In this document: one piece after another, positions 27,262 to 40,987 of the stretch
Layout of the letters: each line of letters begins with the position of its first letter
How positions within the stretch are numbered: position 1 is the stretch's first letter
From: Eledone cirrhosa
Taxonomy: Eukaryota
Direction: 5' to 3'
NCBI GenBank assembly: GCA_964016885.1
Contig: OZ024763.1
Span: 5,952,001-6,016,000, forward strand
DNA: 64,000 nucleotides
Notes under the pieces: generated by a model
What the model was told of the DNA's origin: nothing
What the model saw: only the letters and a program-made list of their open reading frames with translations
Databases searched by the model: none
Made by a program: the position numbers and the translations under genes

Positions 27262-27584
27262 ATGGCTTAGTGGTTAGAGCATTGGCCTTGCAATCGAAAG
27301 GTTGTGAGTTCAATTCTCAGACCGGGTGATGTGTTGTTTCCTTGAGCTTTATTTCACGTTGCTCCAGTTTACTCAGCTGTAGAAATGAGATGATAGGGAC
27401 TGGGGTCCCTATTATTCCACTGCAAAGTGGTCGTGGAGGCGCCGCGGCAAAAAAGCACCCAGCACTCACTGTAAATGAGGTTGGTGTTAGGAAGGGCATC
27501 CAGCTGTAGAAATCAAGCCAGAATCAGTTCCCATCCCACCCTTGCAAGCAGGGAAAAGCGGACGTAAAATGATGATGATGATGA
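27262..27584 (+). mobile_element. SINE with tRNA-like head and RTE-type (GAT)n tail
   Basis: tggcttagtggttagagcattggccttgcaatcgaaaggttgtgagttcaattctc head. A near-identical copy lies at ~56557-56893. Confidence 0.85.
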
Positions 27585-27626
27585 TACATATATATCTGTG
27601 TGTGTGTGTGTGTGTGTGTGAAATGT

Positions 27627-27681
<55 letters not shown>

Positions 27682-28083
27682 TTTTAGAAATGTACATACA
27701 CACACACACACACACTTAGGATACACACATTACTAATACACACACATACACATTACTAATACACACACTTGTCAAAATTCCAGTTTATCCCCCCACCCCG
27801 ACCTTTGCATGATTAATTTGTAAAACTTTGTTAAAACTTGTCTGTGACTAACACTACACCACCCCACCTGACCCGACCATTCCACCCCACCCTCTCTTGC
27901 ATGTTCAAACCACAGTCAAAACACACATACATGTAGATACATACATACACACACACACACATATATGTCTCTCTATATACACAAGTAGATACTCACACAC
28001 ACACATATATATATGTAGATACACACACATATGCAGATACACACACACACATATATGTCTCTATATATACACAAGTAGATACT

Positions 28084-28114
<31 letters not shown>

Positions 28115-30668
28115 GTAGATATACACACACAATTATATACATATATACACACATACACACACATGTACATATAAGTAGTTCAAAAGAACAAACAAGCAAA
28201 CACAGGAGTTAATGGTACATAGTGTTGTTAGCTTCACCACATACATATGTAGGTACATGTACACATATTTGTACATACACCCACATTTATGTACATATAC
28301 ACACATATATAAACATATGTAGATACACACACACACACATATATATGTAGATACACACAGACATATAAACATGTGTATATATACACATGTAAACATGTGT
28401 ATTTAAACAATTACTAAAGACCTACAAACGAAGTTTCTAAAAAAAAAACAATTACTTTGGTAAATCTTAAGTTTTAGCTACAAAACCTAACGACCAAAGT
28501 ACAGTGGGTTGAATAGAAACAAGTCTGTGGTGTGTGTATATATATATGTGTGTGTGTGTGTGTACAGATATGTGTGTGTGCATGTGTATGTATATATATA
28601 TATGTGTGTGTGTGTGTGTATTTATATATATGTGTGTGTATGTGTGTATGTGTGTGTGTATTTTTTTTTTTTGCGCGGGGACATAGAAATAATCGGGCTG
28701 GATGCCCGATTGCGCAGTTAAACCACTGGGAGTGAAGAACCCCTAGCCCTTGTCAGGGCATTCTTCTAGGAGAAGGCATCTCAGGAAACTGGGTTAACTC
28801 CGACATAAAACCTGTGGCTCAGTAGTTACCGATGATGTTGATCTTTTCTTCTTTTCGAGTTATAGCTACTGTCGCTCAGAGAGTGGGACTGGCTCAGTGC
28901 ACAGTCTTTCCTCACTTTAAAAATATTCGTCACGCACAGGCATTTCACAATTGCATTAATTAATAATTATTAATAGTGTATTATTATTATTATTATTGTT
29001 GTTACTATTATTATTACTTTTTTTTCCCCCCAATTATATTGTTCCAGAACAATATAAAAGAGATAATTAGCAATTTAGGTTCTGGAACAAAAAAAATAAT
29101 TGGCAATAAGGGCAGGGGCCCCAGGTTATCATAGCCTGGGCCCGCTCGTCATCGTGCTATATAAGTATGTATCTGTGATTATGTAAGTATGTATGTATGC
29201 ATATATAAATGTATGTATAATCGTATGTATAATTCTACACAAACGTAAACAAGAAACAATCCAAGATGTGCGGTCGATTGTCGTAGTTGGTGGTAAATTG
29301 GGGGTCGTTTGCACCCTTGCGCCCCCTTTGTATATATTATTTGATATATATTGTATATATATTATATATATTTATTATAGTTTAGATTGTTGTGTATTAT
29401 ATTTGTGTGGTTCCTAGCAATAATTAACAAATTCATCTTTAGTACGGTGTGAGAAAACTAGTCGAAATATACTTTCTCGTTAAGTTGGTGTCTGGAACAT
29501 AGCTTAACAAAGGTTCTCACATATAATTATCATGGAAGGGCTTTATTTAAATATAAGTACTTTAACCCTTTATTTACTATATATCTAATAAAAGACGCTG
29601 GAACTAGTAGTAAAAGTTGTGAAACTTCCCAAATAAATATGTCAGGTGCTTTATTTGACAGCTGATTGCCCAGAGATCAATATCAGTAAATATAGTCACA
29701 GGTATGTAATTAGAAGTGGCAGGTATGTCTATATATAGTTGAAAGCCCTGATCGATATTATTAAACCCTTTTGGTATTAAACTACCTGAAACCACCCCTG
29801 GTTCTATGATACAAAATTGTTTTATATCTAAAAAAAAAAAAAAAAAAGTTATGTTCCAGACACCAACTTAATGAGAAAGTTACAAAATTCCAAAAGAATT
29901 CTTGTTATTTTCAAAAAGTGTTTATATTTATCTAGAAACCTTCCACCATAATTTTATATTAAGAACCTTTGTTAAGTTATATTCCAAACACCAACTTAAT
30001 TGTTAATTATTTTCAAAATTAATTTATAATCATAGACAGTGTCTTTAATTAGAAATATGGTAATGAAAGAGTTAAAGTGTTTATATTTATCTAAAAACCT
30101 ACCATCGTAATTTTATGTAAGAACCTTTGTTAAGTTATGTTCCAGACACCAACTTAATAACGAGAAAGTTATATTACTAAATAATTCCCCAAATTCTTGG
30201 TTATTTTCAAAGTTATTCGAAAGGCACGGAGAACTGTGTCTTTAATTAGAAATATGCTAATTATACTCACAGGTAAAAAGGTTTGTATAAGTTAGACAAC
30301 GTTGTTTGGTAGTGGTGGTCGTGGTTGGAAGGTCTTAGAAATATCTGCCTGTTATAGTTAGTCCCGGTACGAAAACGATTAACTTGTGAGTTCACGAAAT
30401 TAATAGGATATGTGTGTGTTGTGTTGTGTTGTGTGTATATATATATACGTCTGTTATTAACTTACTCTACCACTCGTTCACCTCACACACCCAGTTTTCC
30501 TCCCTCCCTTCTTCAATTCCTCTTTATTGCTTTCCCTTTCTCTCTCTCTCTGATTGCCTTTTTTCTCTCTTTCTCTTTCTCTCGCTGCTTCTTTCTTCCC
30601 CTTCTCTCTCTGACTGCCTCTCTATCTATCTCTCTCTGTGTCTCTCTGATTGCCTCTTTCTCTGTATG

Positions 30669-30763
<95 letters not shown>

Positions 30764-30769
30764 CTATGT

Positions 30770-31455
30770 CTAAGTATGTGTCTATGTGTCTAAGTATGTG
30801 TTTATGTGTGAGTGTGTATGTGTCTAAGTATGTGTCTATGTGTGAGTGTGTATGTGTCTATGTGTCTATGTGTGAGTGTGTATGTGTCTATGTGTCTATG
30901 TGTGAGTGTGTATGTGTCTAAGTATGTGTCTATGTGTCTAAGTATGTGTTTATGTGTGAGTGTGTATGTGTCTAAGTATGTGTCTATGTGTGAGTGTGTA
31001 TGTGTCTATGTGTCTATGTGTGAGTGTGTATGTGTCTATGTGTCTATGTGTGAGTGTGTATGTGTCTAAGTATGTGTCTATGTGTCTAAGTATGTGTTTA
31101 TGTGTGAGTGTGTATGTGTCTAAGTGTGAGTGTGTATGTGTCTATGTGTCTATGTGTGAGTGTGTATGTGTCTAAGTATGTGTCTATGTGTGTGTATGTG
31201 TCTAAGTATGTGTCTATGTGTGAGTGTGTATGTGTCTAAGTATGTGTCTATGTGTGAGTGTATATGTGTCTAAGTATGTGTCTATGTGTGAGTGTGATGT
31301 GTCTAAGTATGTGTCTATGTGTGAGTGTGTATGTGTCTAAGTATGTGTCTATGTGTGAGTGTGTATGTGTCTAAGTATGTGTCTATGTGTGAGTGTGTAT
31401 GTGTCTATGTGTGAGTGTGATGTGTCTAAGTATGTGTCTATGAGTGTGTGTGAGT
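30770..31455. repeat. TG-rich compound minisatellite (tgtgtctaagta / tgtgtgagtgtgta)
   Basis: Directly visible. Confidence 0.9.
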
Positions 31456-31974
31456 GTTAGAGGACTGAACACCATCCAACATGTAACATGTAATATAAAA
31501 CAGTCACAACATGTATAACAGTGGTTAGTGTGTGTGTGTGTGGGGGGGGGGAGATAAATAGATAAAGAGAGAGAGAGCTACAGAGATAGATTGGTATATA
31601 GAGAGAGGGGGAGAGAGAGAAAGATGGATAGAGGGGTAGAAATAGAGAGAGGGGAAAAAAGAGTGACAGAGAGAGGGGGAGTAAGAGAGAAATAGAGAGA
31701 GGGAGAAAGATAGATAGAGGGGTAGAGATAGAGAGAGAGGGGGAGAAAAGAGTGATATAGGTGGAGAGAGAGGGGGGGGGGTTAGATTTCATATGTGATT
31801 GGTTTGACATCAGACAAGAGAAATATGGCAGTTATGGTATGATGGTGTGTTATGGAAGGTAGACTGGTTGTTAGAGTAACATGTCTGGTGGTGGTGGTGG
31901 TGGGGTAATTATGTGTGTGTGTGGGGGGGGGGGGTTAATTATGTGTGGGAGAAGAATGTGTGGTGGTAAGGTTG

Positions 31975-32419
31975 TGATCATCATCATCGTTATTATCATC
32001 AATCTTTTAATCACCATCACCATCACCATACTAATCAACATCCCTTTAAATCACCACCATCATCACAATCATCACCACCACCACCATCACCACCATCATC
32101 ATCGTCATCACCACCATCACCACCATCACCACCATCATCATCGTCATCACCACCATCACCACCATCACCACCATCACCACCATCATCACCACCACCACCA
32201 CCATCAGTCATCACCACCGCCTTCCTTCTAATCACCCCCACCACCACCACCACCACCATCACAATCATCATCATCATCATCATCACCCTCATCACCACCA
32301 TTCTCTTCTTCCCAGTAAGTTACCTCCCCTTAAAGCAACACTACAGTTTAGCTGCTGTTTATATTGGCAAGGTGGGGGATTTTTTGACAAAATATAAATA
32401 TTTTAACAACAAAAGCAGC

Positions 32420-32450
<31 letters not shown>

Positions 32451-32905
32451 TGACTAAATGGCTAAATGAATATTTTGCATGTTTTAAATATATTTGTTAT
32501 TGTTGTATATTTGGTTGGAGCTACATATATATAGTGGTGGTGGTGGTGTTGGTGATGGTGGTGGTGACGGTGTTGGTGGAGGTGACGGTGTTGGTGATGG
32601 TGTTGGTGATGATGATGATGGTGGTGGTGGTGGTGTTGATGGTGGTGATGGTGTTGGTGGTGGTGGTGGTGATGGTGGTGATGGTGTTGGTGGTGGTGGT
32701 GGTGATGGTGGTGGTGATGGTGGTGGTGGTGGTGATGGTGGTGATGGTGTTGGTGGTGGTGGTGGTGATGGTGTTGGTGGTGGTGGTGATGGTGGTGGTG
32801 GTGGTGTTGTTGGTGGTGGTGGTGATGGTGGTGGTGGTGGTGATGGTGGTGATGGTGTTGGTGGTGGTGGTGGTGTTGTTGGTGTTGTTGGTGGTGGTGG
32901 TGGTG
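31975..32905. repeat. Opposed (CAC/CAT)n and (GGT/GAT)n tracts
   Basis: Complementary trinucleotide tracts about 230 bp apart. Confidence 0.9.
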
Positions 32906-33691
32906 TTCTTTGTTATTTTAGTGTTTCTAATTATATTACTTTTGTTAGCATATTTCTAATTTTGAAAATATTCAAAATTTTGGCAGGATTTAGTAACATA
33001 ACTAACTTTCTCGTTAAGCTGGTGTTTGGAGCATAACTTAACAAAGGTTGTTTGGTATCAAGAGGGTTAAAAACCAGTTCAATTCTGATTTGGTTTGTCT
33101 TCCAACCATGAGAAATATGACAGCAGCTTCTTATCTGCCCCATATCTGGGTGTGTAAAGGTGTGTATGCTTATTTCTGTGTGTTCGTATGTGCGTTTATT
33201 GGTTGTGTCCTGTAACACACAGTTAAGCACACATAAATACACACACACCTAAACACACATAAATACACACACACACAGATACATACTGAAACTAGTAAAA
33301 GAAGACAGTGCCTCAACTTGGCCACAGTCTAATGAACTATCACCCCTCCCTCCCTAGTTCCATGACAAAAAGCGCCCAGTCCACACTGTAATGTGGTCGT
33401 GTAGGTGACATAACAAAAAAGCACCCAGCACACAGGAAGAAACCAAGCCAAAATCTGCCCCGGGTGAGCTAAACATGGTCCTCTGACCCTGATTCTCTCC
33501 CTAAGGGTCTAGTCTACCCATCCTACTCATGCTAGTGTGGGAGATGGATGTTAAACGATGATGATGATATATATATATGTATATATATATATATGTGTGT
33601 GTGTGTAAAAGGTAAATAGAAATAACAACACAAACAGTACAGTATATGGAAGGAATATATTAGTTTAACACTTGAAATAGCAGGAAGAGGG

Positions 33692-33727
33692 TCTTAACGT
33701 TTCGGACGCTAGTCTTTCATCAGAAGA
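33692..33727 (-). ncRNA. Minimal type I hammerhead ribozyme motif (Penelope-like repeat)
   Basis: Minus strand: tctt CTGATGA aagac tagc gtcc GAAA cg tt aaga. Confidence 0.6.
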
Positions 33728-33823
33728 AAGAATGAGAAATCAGAAAGATTGAGGGAACGGGCAGGGCGGAAACAGAAAAAGATTTTCAGCGAAAAATAAT
33801 ATATATATATATATATATACAGT

Positions 33824-36388
33824 AGATAGTATCAGTAATGGAAAGACCAATGGAGACATTGTTTCCTTGGTCTGATCTGATGATCAGCTCCTTTCTTCTG
33901 ACAGATAGTATCAGTAATGGAAAGACCAATGGAGACATTGTTTCCTTGGTCTGATCTGATGATCAGCTCCTATCTTCTGACAGATAGTGTCAGCAATGGA
34001 AAGACCAATGGAGACATTGTTTCCTTGGTCTGATCTGATGATCAGCTCCTTTCTTCTGACAGATAGTGTCAGCAATGGAAAGACCAATGGAGACATTGTT
34101 TCCTTGGTCTGATCTGATGATCAGCTCCTTTCTTCTGACAGATAGTATCAGTAATGGAAAGACCAATGGAGACATTGTTTCCTTGGTCTGATCTGATGAT
34201 CAGCTCCTTTCTTCTGACAGATAGTGTCAGCAATGGAAAGACCAATGGAGACATTGTTTCCTTGGTCTGATCTGATGATCAGCTCCTTTCTTCTGACAGA
34301 TAGTGTCAGCAATGGAAAGACCAATGGAGACATTGTTTCCTTGGTCTGATCTGATGATCAGCTCCTTTCTTCTGACAGATAGTGTCAGCAATGGAAAGAC
34401 CAATGGAGACATTGTTTCCTTGGTCTGATCTGATGATCAGCTCCTTTCTTCTGACAGATAGTATCAGCAATGGAAAGACCAATGGAGACATTGTTTCCTT
34501 GGTCTGATCTGATGATCAGCTCCTTTCTTCTGACAGATAGTATCAGCAATGGAAAGACCAATGGAGACATTGTTTCCTTGGTCTGATCTGATGATCAGCT
34601 CCTTTCTTCTGACAGATAGTGTCAGTAATGGAAAGACCAATGGAGACATTGTTTCCTTGGTCTGATCTGATGATCAGCTCCTTTCTTCTGACAGATAGTG
34701 TCAGCAATGGAAAGACCAATGGAGACATTGTTTCCTTGGTCTGATCTGATGATCAGCTCCTATCTTCTGACAGATAGTGTCAGCAATGGAAAGACCAATG
34801 GAGACATTGTTTCCTTGGTCTGATCTGATGATCAGCTCCTTTCTTCTGACAGATAGTATCAGCAATGGAAAGACCAATGGAGACATTGTTTCCTTGGTCT
34901 GATCTGATGATCAGCTCCTTTCTTCTGACAGATAGTGTCAGCAATGGAAAGACCAATGGAGACATTGTTTCCTTGGTCTGATCTGATGATCAGCTCCTTT
35001 CTTCTGACAGATAGTGTCAGCAATGGAAAGACCAATGGAGACATTGTTTCCTTGGTCTGATCTGATGATCAGCTCCTTTCTTCTGACAGATAGTGTCAGC
35101 AATGGAAAGACCAATGGAGACATTGTTTCCTTGGTCTGATCTGATGATCAGCTCCTATCTTCTGACAGATAGTGTCAGCAATGGAAAGACCAATGGAGAC
35201 ATTGTTTCCTTGGTCTGATCTGATGATCAGCTCCTTTCTTCTGACAGATAGTGTCAGCAATGGAAAGACCAATGGAGACATTGTTTCCTTGGTCTGATCT
35301 GATGATCAGCTCCTTTCTTCTGACAGATAGTGTCAGCAATGGAAAGACCAATGGAGACATTGTTTCCTTGGTCTGATCTGATGATCAGCTCCTTTCTTCT
35401 GACAGATAGTGTCAGCAATGGAAAGACCAATGGAGACATTGTTTCCTTGGTCTGATCTGATGATCAGCTCCTTTCTTCTGACAGATAGTATCAGTAATGG
35501 AAAGACCAATGGAGACATTGTTTCCTTGGTCTGATCTGATGATCAGCTCCTTTCTTCTGACAGATAGTGTCAGCAATGGAAAGACCAATGGAGACATTGT
35601 TTCCTTGGTCTGATCTGATGATCAGCTCCTTTCTTCTGACAGATAGTGTCAGTAATGGAAAGACCAATGGAGACATTGTTTCCTTGGTCTGATCTGATGA
35701 TCAGCTCCTTTCTTCTGACAGATAGTGTCAGCAATGGAAAGACCAATGGAGACATTGTTTCCTTGGTCTGATCTGATGATCAGCTCCTTTCTTCTGACAG
35801 ATAGTGTCAGCAATGGAAAGACCAATGGAGACATTGTTTCCTTGGTCTGATCTGATGATCAGCTCCTATCTTCTGACAGATAGTGTCAGCAATGGAAAGA
35901 CCAATGGAGACATTGTTTCCTTGGTCTGATCTGATGATCAGCTCCTTTCTTCTGACAGATAGTATCAGCAATGGAAAGACCAATGGAGACATTGTTTCCT
36001 TGGTCTGATCTGATGATCAGCTCCTTTCTTCTGACAGATAGTGTCAGCAATGGAAAGACCAATGGAGACATTGTTTCCTTGGTCTGATCTGATGATCAGC
36101 TCCTTTCTTCTGACAGATAGTGTCAGCAATGGAAAGACCAATGGAGACATTGTTTCCTTGGTCTGATCTGATGATCAGCTCCTTTCTTCTGACAGATAGT
36201 GTCAGCAATGGAAAGACCAATGGAGACATTGTTTCCTTGGTCTGATCTGATGATCAGCTCCTTTCTTCTGACAGATAGTGTCAGCAATGGAAAGACCAAT
36301 GGAGACATTGTTTCCTTGGTCTGATCTGATGATCAGCTCCTATCTTCTGACAGATAGTGTCAGTAATGGAAAGACCAATGGAAACATT
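33824..36388. repeat. 79-bp tandem satellite, ~32.5 copies
   Basis: Unit agatagtgtcagcaatggaaagaccaatggagacattgtttccttggtctgatctgatgatcagctcctttcttctgac. The ORF track repeats every 79 nt. Confidence 0.98.
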
Positions 36389-37032
36389 CCTCCACCCCCA
36401 TTACTGGTACTTTGGTACCAGGTAAGTGGTACTGAGGTCAGGAATCTTGTCAATTGATTCATAAAATATATTCTAAAAACAACAACAACAAAAACATCCA
36501 CTGCTCCCCACCCCCACCTGCCACACGTGGAAATACAAATGTCTGTTTTAACAACACTGTTTCATTGTTTCTCTGTCTTGGTTGTTTGTTCAGTTAGTTG
36601 TCTATCCCTGGCCCCTACATCCACCCCCACACCCACCCATCTGTGTGAAATATAAATCTATGTTCTAACAACAATACTACACCCAAACAATATCTTTTGT
36701 TTTCACTGTTTTGTTGTTGGGGGTCTTTTATGTCCAGAACAAAACCCCAAACAAATGACCAGTCCCACCACTCCTGTCCCCACCACCTCTAACCCCACTC
36801 CTGTCCCCCCACCACCTCTAACCCCACTCCACCCCATGTGAAAATATAAAATCTCCATTTCAACATAACACACATTATTTCCTCACATTGTAACAATAGA
36901 AATCTGCAGTAATTCACACACACTTATCTATCTCTATCTCTCTCTCACACACACACACACACTTATCTCTCTCTCACACACACACACACACACACTTATC
37001 TCTCTCTCTCACACACACTTATCTATCTCTGC

Positions 37033-37087
<55 letters not shown>

Positions 37088-37277
37088 ATCTTTCTCTCTC
37101 ACACACACACACTTATATCTCTCTCTCTCACAAAGACTTATCTATCTCTGCCTCCCCCCCACACACACACACACTTCTATCTCTATCTCCCCCCCCTACA
37201 CACACACCTAGATACCTTTATCTACCTGTATCTTTCTCATACACACACACACATATATACTATTTTCCCCAGCACAA

Positions 37278-37545
37278 ATGTACCACCACCTCACCTGTCA
37301 GTACTAATTAATGTACCACCTGTCAGTACTAATTAATGTACCACCTGTCAGAACTAATTAAGGTACCACTCACCTGTCAGAATTAATTAAGGTACCACTC
37401 ACCTGTCAGAATTAATTAAGGTACCACCTCACCTGTCAGAATTAATTAAGGTACCACCTGTCAGTACTAATTAAGGTACCACCTGTCTGAACTAATTAAG
37501 GTACCACCTCACCTGTCTGAACTAATTAAGTTACTACCTCACCTA
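37278..37545. repeat. 25-30-bp minisatellite containing ctcacctg
   Basis: Unit aattaattaaggtaccac(tcac)ctgtcag, ~9 copies. Confidence 0.85.
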
Positions 37546-37753
37546 ACTTCAGTAACCCCTAACCTCCCACCACCACAGTTAATCCTTCAGTGAATAAATT
37601 GAGGGTCAACTTAATACAACTCCACTACATCCAAATTTAGGGGTCACTGCACTGTGGCTGGATGTCTGTGTATATGATTATGAGTGTGTATGTGTATATA
37701 TACACACACACACACATATATATATATACAGACAGACAGACAGACAGACAGAG

Positions 37754-37806
<53 letters not shown>

Positions 37807-38349
37807 CAGACACACAGACAGACACAGACACACACACACACACATATATATATATACAGACACACACACACACACCACTATTTGATATGTTAAACCTAGC
37901 TACATGATGACAGCTTTATATCATTCACTGTCACACCCTAGCTTGGGACTTCAATTGTTGAATCTAAAGAATACCTAGCTTGTTAAATTAACCTGTAAGT
38001 GACTAAGCATTCCACAGAAACATATAGGCTGAACACTATTCCCAAGTTGAATCATCTCAGTACTGACTCTAAACATCCACAAGATTGTTGTCTGATAAAA
38101 AAAAAGGAAGTAAACTAAAAGTTTGAGAAACTTGTTGAAACTTTATAAAATGGATGAAATAGTAAAAACAAGTCATTATGTAGTGGAATTGTGAACCAGA
38201 AAAAACCATACTTTAACCCTTTAGCATTTAAAGCTGCCGTATCCGGCTAAAATTCTCTCTCTTCTTTCTGTTCAAACCAGCTATAACTGGCCATTCATAC
38301 TGACGTAAAGGTATTGTTCTCAAAGTAAATAATATCAAAATCTCATAGC

Positions 38350-39072
38350 TTTAATGTTATGTGAGATAATTATGTAAGATAAAGCCTTTACCACAAAAAT
38401 ACAATAGTATAGAGTAATGTAAATGTTAATTGAGATAATTATGTAAGATAAAGCCTTTACCACGAAAATACAATAGTATATATAGAGTAATGTAAATGTT
38501 ATGTGAGATATTATGTGAGGTAAAGTCTTTACCATGAAAATACAATAGTATATAGAGTAATGTAAATGTTATGTGAGATATTATGTAAGATAAAGCCTTT
38601 ACCACGAAAATACAATAGTATATAGAGTAATGTAAATGTTATGTGAGATATTATGTGAGATAAAGCCTTTACTGTGAAAATGCAATAGTATATATAGAGT
38701 AATGTAAATGTTATGTGAGATATTATGTGAGATAAAGCCTTTACCACAAAAATACAATAGTATATATAGAGTAATGTAAATGTTATGCAAGATAATTATG
38801 TAAGATAAAGCCTTTACCACAAAAATACAATAGTATATAGAGTAATGTAAATGTTATGTGAGATATTATGTGAGATAAAGCCTTTACTGTGAAAATGCAA
38901 TAGTATATATAGAGTAATGTAAATGTTATGTGAGATATTATGTGAGGTAAAGCCTTTACTGTGAAAATACAATAGTATATATAGAGTAATGTAAATGTTA
39001 TGTGAGATAATTATGTAAGATAAAGCCTTTACCACAAAAATACAATAGTATATAGAGTAATGTAAATGTTAA
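38350..39072. repeat. 70-73-bp minisatellite, ~10 copies
   Basis: taaagcctttaccac…atagagtaatgtaaatgttatgtgagata recurring. Confidence 0.9.
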
Positions 39073-39287
39073 AGAGTTAACCTCCTCAGTGCTGTAGATG
39101 AGATAACTTGTCCTAACATATTTGAACTCGTTTCCAACAGTTCATAACTTCAAAGCTAGATGGAGTTACTAGTTTATTGATGTGATGTTTGTCAATCATT
39201 CAGATGTGTTGTTAATAAATGTTTGTTTAAAAAAATAGTCATTTTACTGAAAAAAACCTGGCACAGCAACTGTAGCTGTGTAAAATA

Positions 39288-39812
39288 TATAATAATGAAA
39301 TTATTGTGTAAAGTGCTCAGGTGCACTACAACTCGTCAATATAGTACATAGAATAATACACAAATGTCAGGGAAGTACATGTGTGTATGTGTTAGCTGTT
39401 CTGTTGGCGGATCTCGGGAAGCACGGAGGCCCTAAAGGATGCAGCGTCCCGACAGCCAACAACCGACGCAGGCAGTTCGTTCCACGCCTCAGCAACTCTG
39501 AGCGTGAAAAAATGTTTCCGAAAGTCATGGGAACTGTGCTGTTTTCTTACTCTGTGGGCATGTCCACGTGTGTTAGACACATGGAAATCGAAAAGGTACT
39601 CAGGATTGTTGTTGGCAACATGGTTAACAATTTTGTGGGTGTTTACCAAGTCAGTTGCCAGGCGTCGGAGCTTCAATGAATCCATGCCCAGGGAAGCAAG
39701 GCGCTCAGAGTATGGTAGATGCCTGATGGAGGGTATTCGCTTGGTTACACGTCTCTGAACAGTTTCCAGGCGGTCAATGTCCTGAGCAAGATAGGGGTTC
39801 CAGACTGGTGAT
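39288..39812 (-). mobile_element. CR1-clade LINE, 5'-truncated 3' end
   Basis: Minus strand encodes SPVWNPYLAQDIDRLETVQRRVTKRI…LKLRRLATDL…HFFTLRVAEAWNELP, the typical CR1 ORF2 C-terminus, followed by 3' UTR and (ATT)n. Confidence 0.9.
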
Positions 39813-39854
39813 ATGTGGCAGTCAACGGGTTAAATGAAACCCCAAAACATGTAA

Positions 39855-40130
39855 GGCGTAGCCCAATGGTTAGGATGTTTGATGTAGGATTGTAATATCA
39901 TCAGTTCAATTCCTGGACAGGTTGCTGCATTGTGTTCTCAAGCAAAACACTTTATTTCATGCTGCTCCAGTACACTCAGCTGAAAATGAGTACCACCAGT
40001 AGCTGGGGAGTTAAACCTATGATAGACTGGTGTCCTGTCTAGGGAGAGTCTTGTACTCTCAGTCGTTTAATGCCAAGGAAACTGGGATAAGCACCTGAGG
40101 CCCAGTGGAGCCTTCGGCTTAGAACAGACT
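39855..40130 (+). mobile_element. tRNA-like SINE copy
   Basis: Same family as 13695-13945. Confidence 0.7.
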
Positions 40131-40724
40131 TTAACCCTGTGATGGACTGGAGTCTTATAAATTCAGTCACTTAACCATTTCATGCTGAAATTTTTTATGA
40201 ATTACTTCCCTCAACACTTGTGTATTAAGAGGACATTACTCTCTTGTTGCAATTTGTCACTGACATGCTGAAGGTACACAAAGGCAACCGAGGATAAACA
40301 CTGGCCTGATGAGCCTTTGGCTTAGAAGAGATTTTAACTTAAACGACACCTAAAAACATTTTAAATATAAAAATATTAAAACTTCATTAAAAAAGAAATA
40401 TTCTCCACTTGTGGAAGTTCAGAAAACCTCAACATCTAAATATGATATGTTGATTAGCTGCCTCAGCTTATACTTGGAGTTTGGACTTTACCCCTTTCTT
40501 AGACATAAAATAGGGAGAGGTAGTGATTTATATTCTGATTGGCTTATACATGAATATATACAGTACTATATAAGACTGTGTGGAAAGTTGGAATAGCTTA
40601 TACATGAATATATACTCTATAAGACTGTGACTTATACATAAGTATATAGAGTACTATATAAGACTGTGGTTTGTACATAAGTATATAGGGTACTTCTATA
40701 TAAGACTGTGTTTATAGTACTTAC

Positions 40725-40838
40725 TTTAGCATGCAGTGAGTCTAGTTGGTCAAGTTGGTCAGGCATGGACATCCGTAAGGACACCTGGGACCGTAATCCT
40801 TCAACTTCTGACACCAGTTGTCCTTCAATTTCAGCAGC
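40725..40838 (-). CDS. BICDL1: BICD family-like cargo adaptor exon (AAEIEGQLVSEVEGLRSQVSLRMSMPDQLDQLDSLHAK, 38 aa)
   Basis: 114-nt phase 0-0 exon with gttgttgtag acceptor and AAA|gtaagt donor. Resembles BICDL1 ASEVERQL…LESLQAE. Confidence 0.9.
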
Positions 40839-40987
40839 CTACAACAACAGCAACAACATCATTAACACACTAACATCAACTACAGCTCACATCTCCTATG
40901 TGGTTCAGCTAGTCTCTTACAAGATTGTATCCCATAGGAGATTTCTTGAATGTTTTAATAAAGTCTTTATTTTAGTCTAACACGAAA

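Noticed and set aside
27262-27330. tRNA genes (also ~13697, 41622, 56557)
   Set aside because: The tRNA-like heads run into dispersed SINE bodies with microsatellite tails, and there is no complete cloverleaf.
33824-36388. CRISPR array or tandem 61-aa peptide genes
   Set aside because: There are no unique spacers; the whole 79-nt unit repeats. The ORFs are a by-product of a period not divisible by three, in a eukaryotic intron.
33824-36388. Tandem hammerhead or C/D snoRNA array (unit contains CTGATGA, GAAA and CTGA)
   Set aside because: Stems I and II cannot be formed around the core, and the would-be cleavage triplet ends in G. The box-like motifs are on the strand opposite the host transcript.
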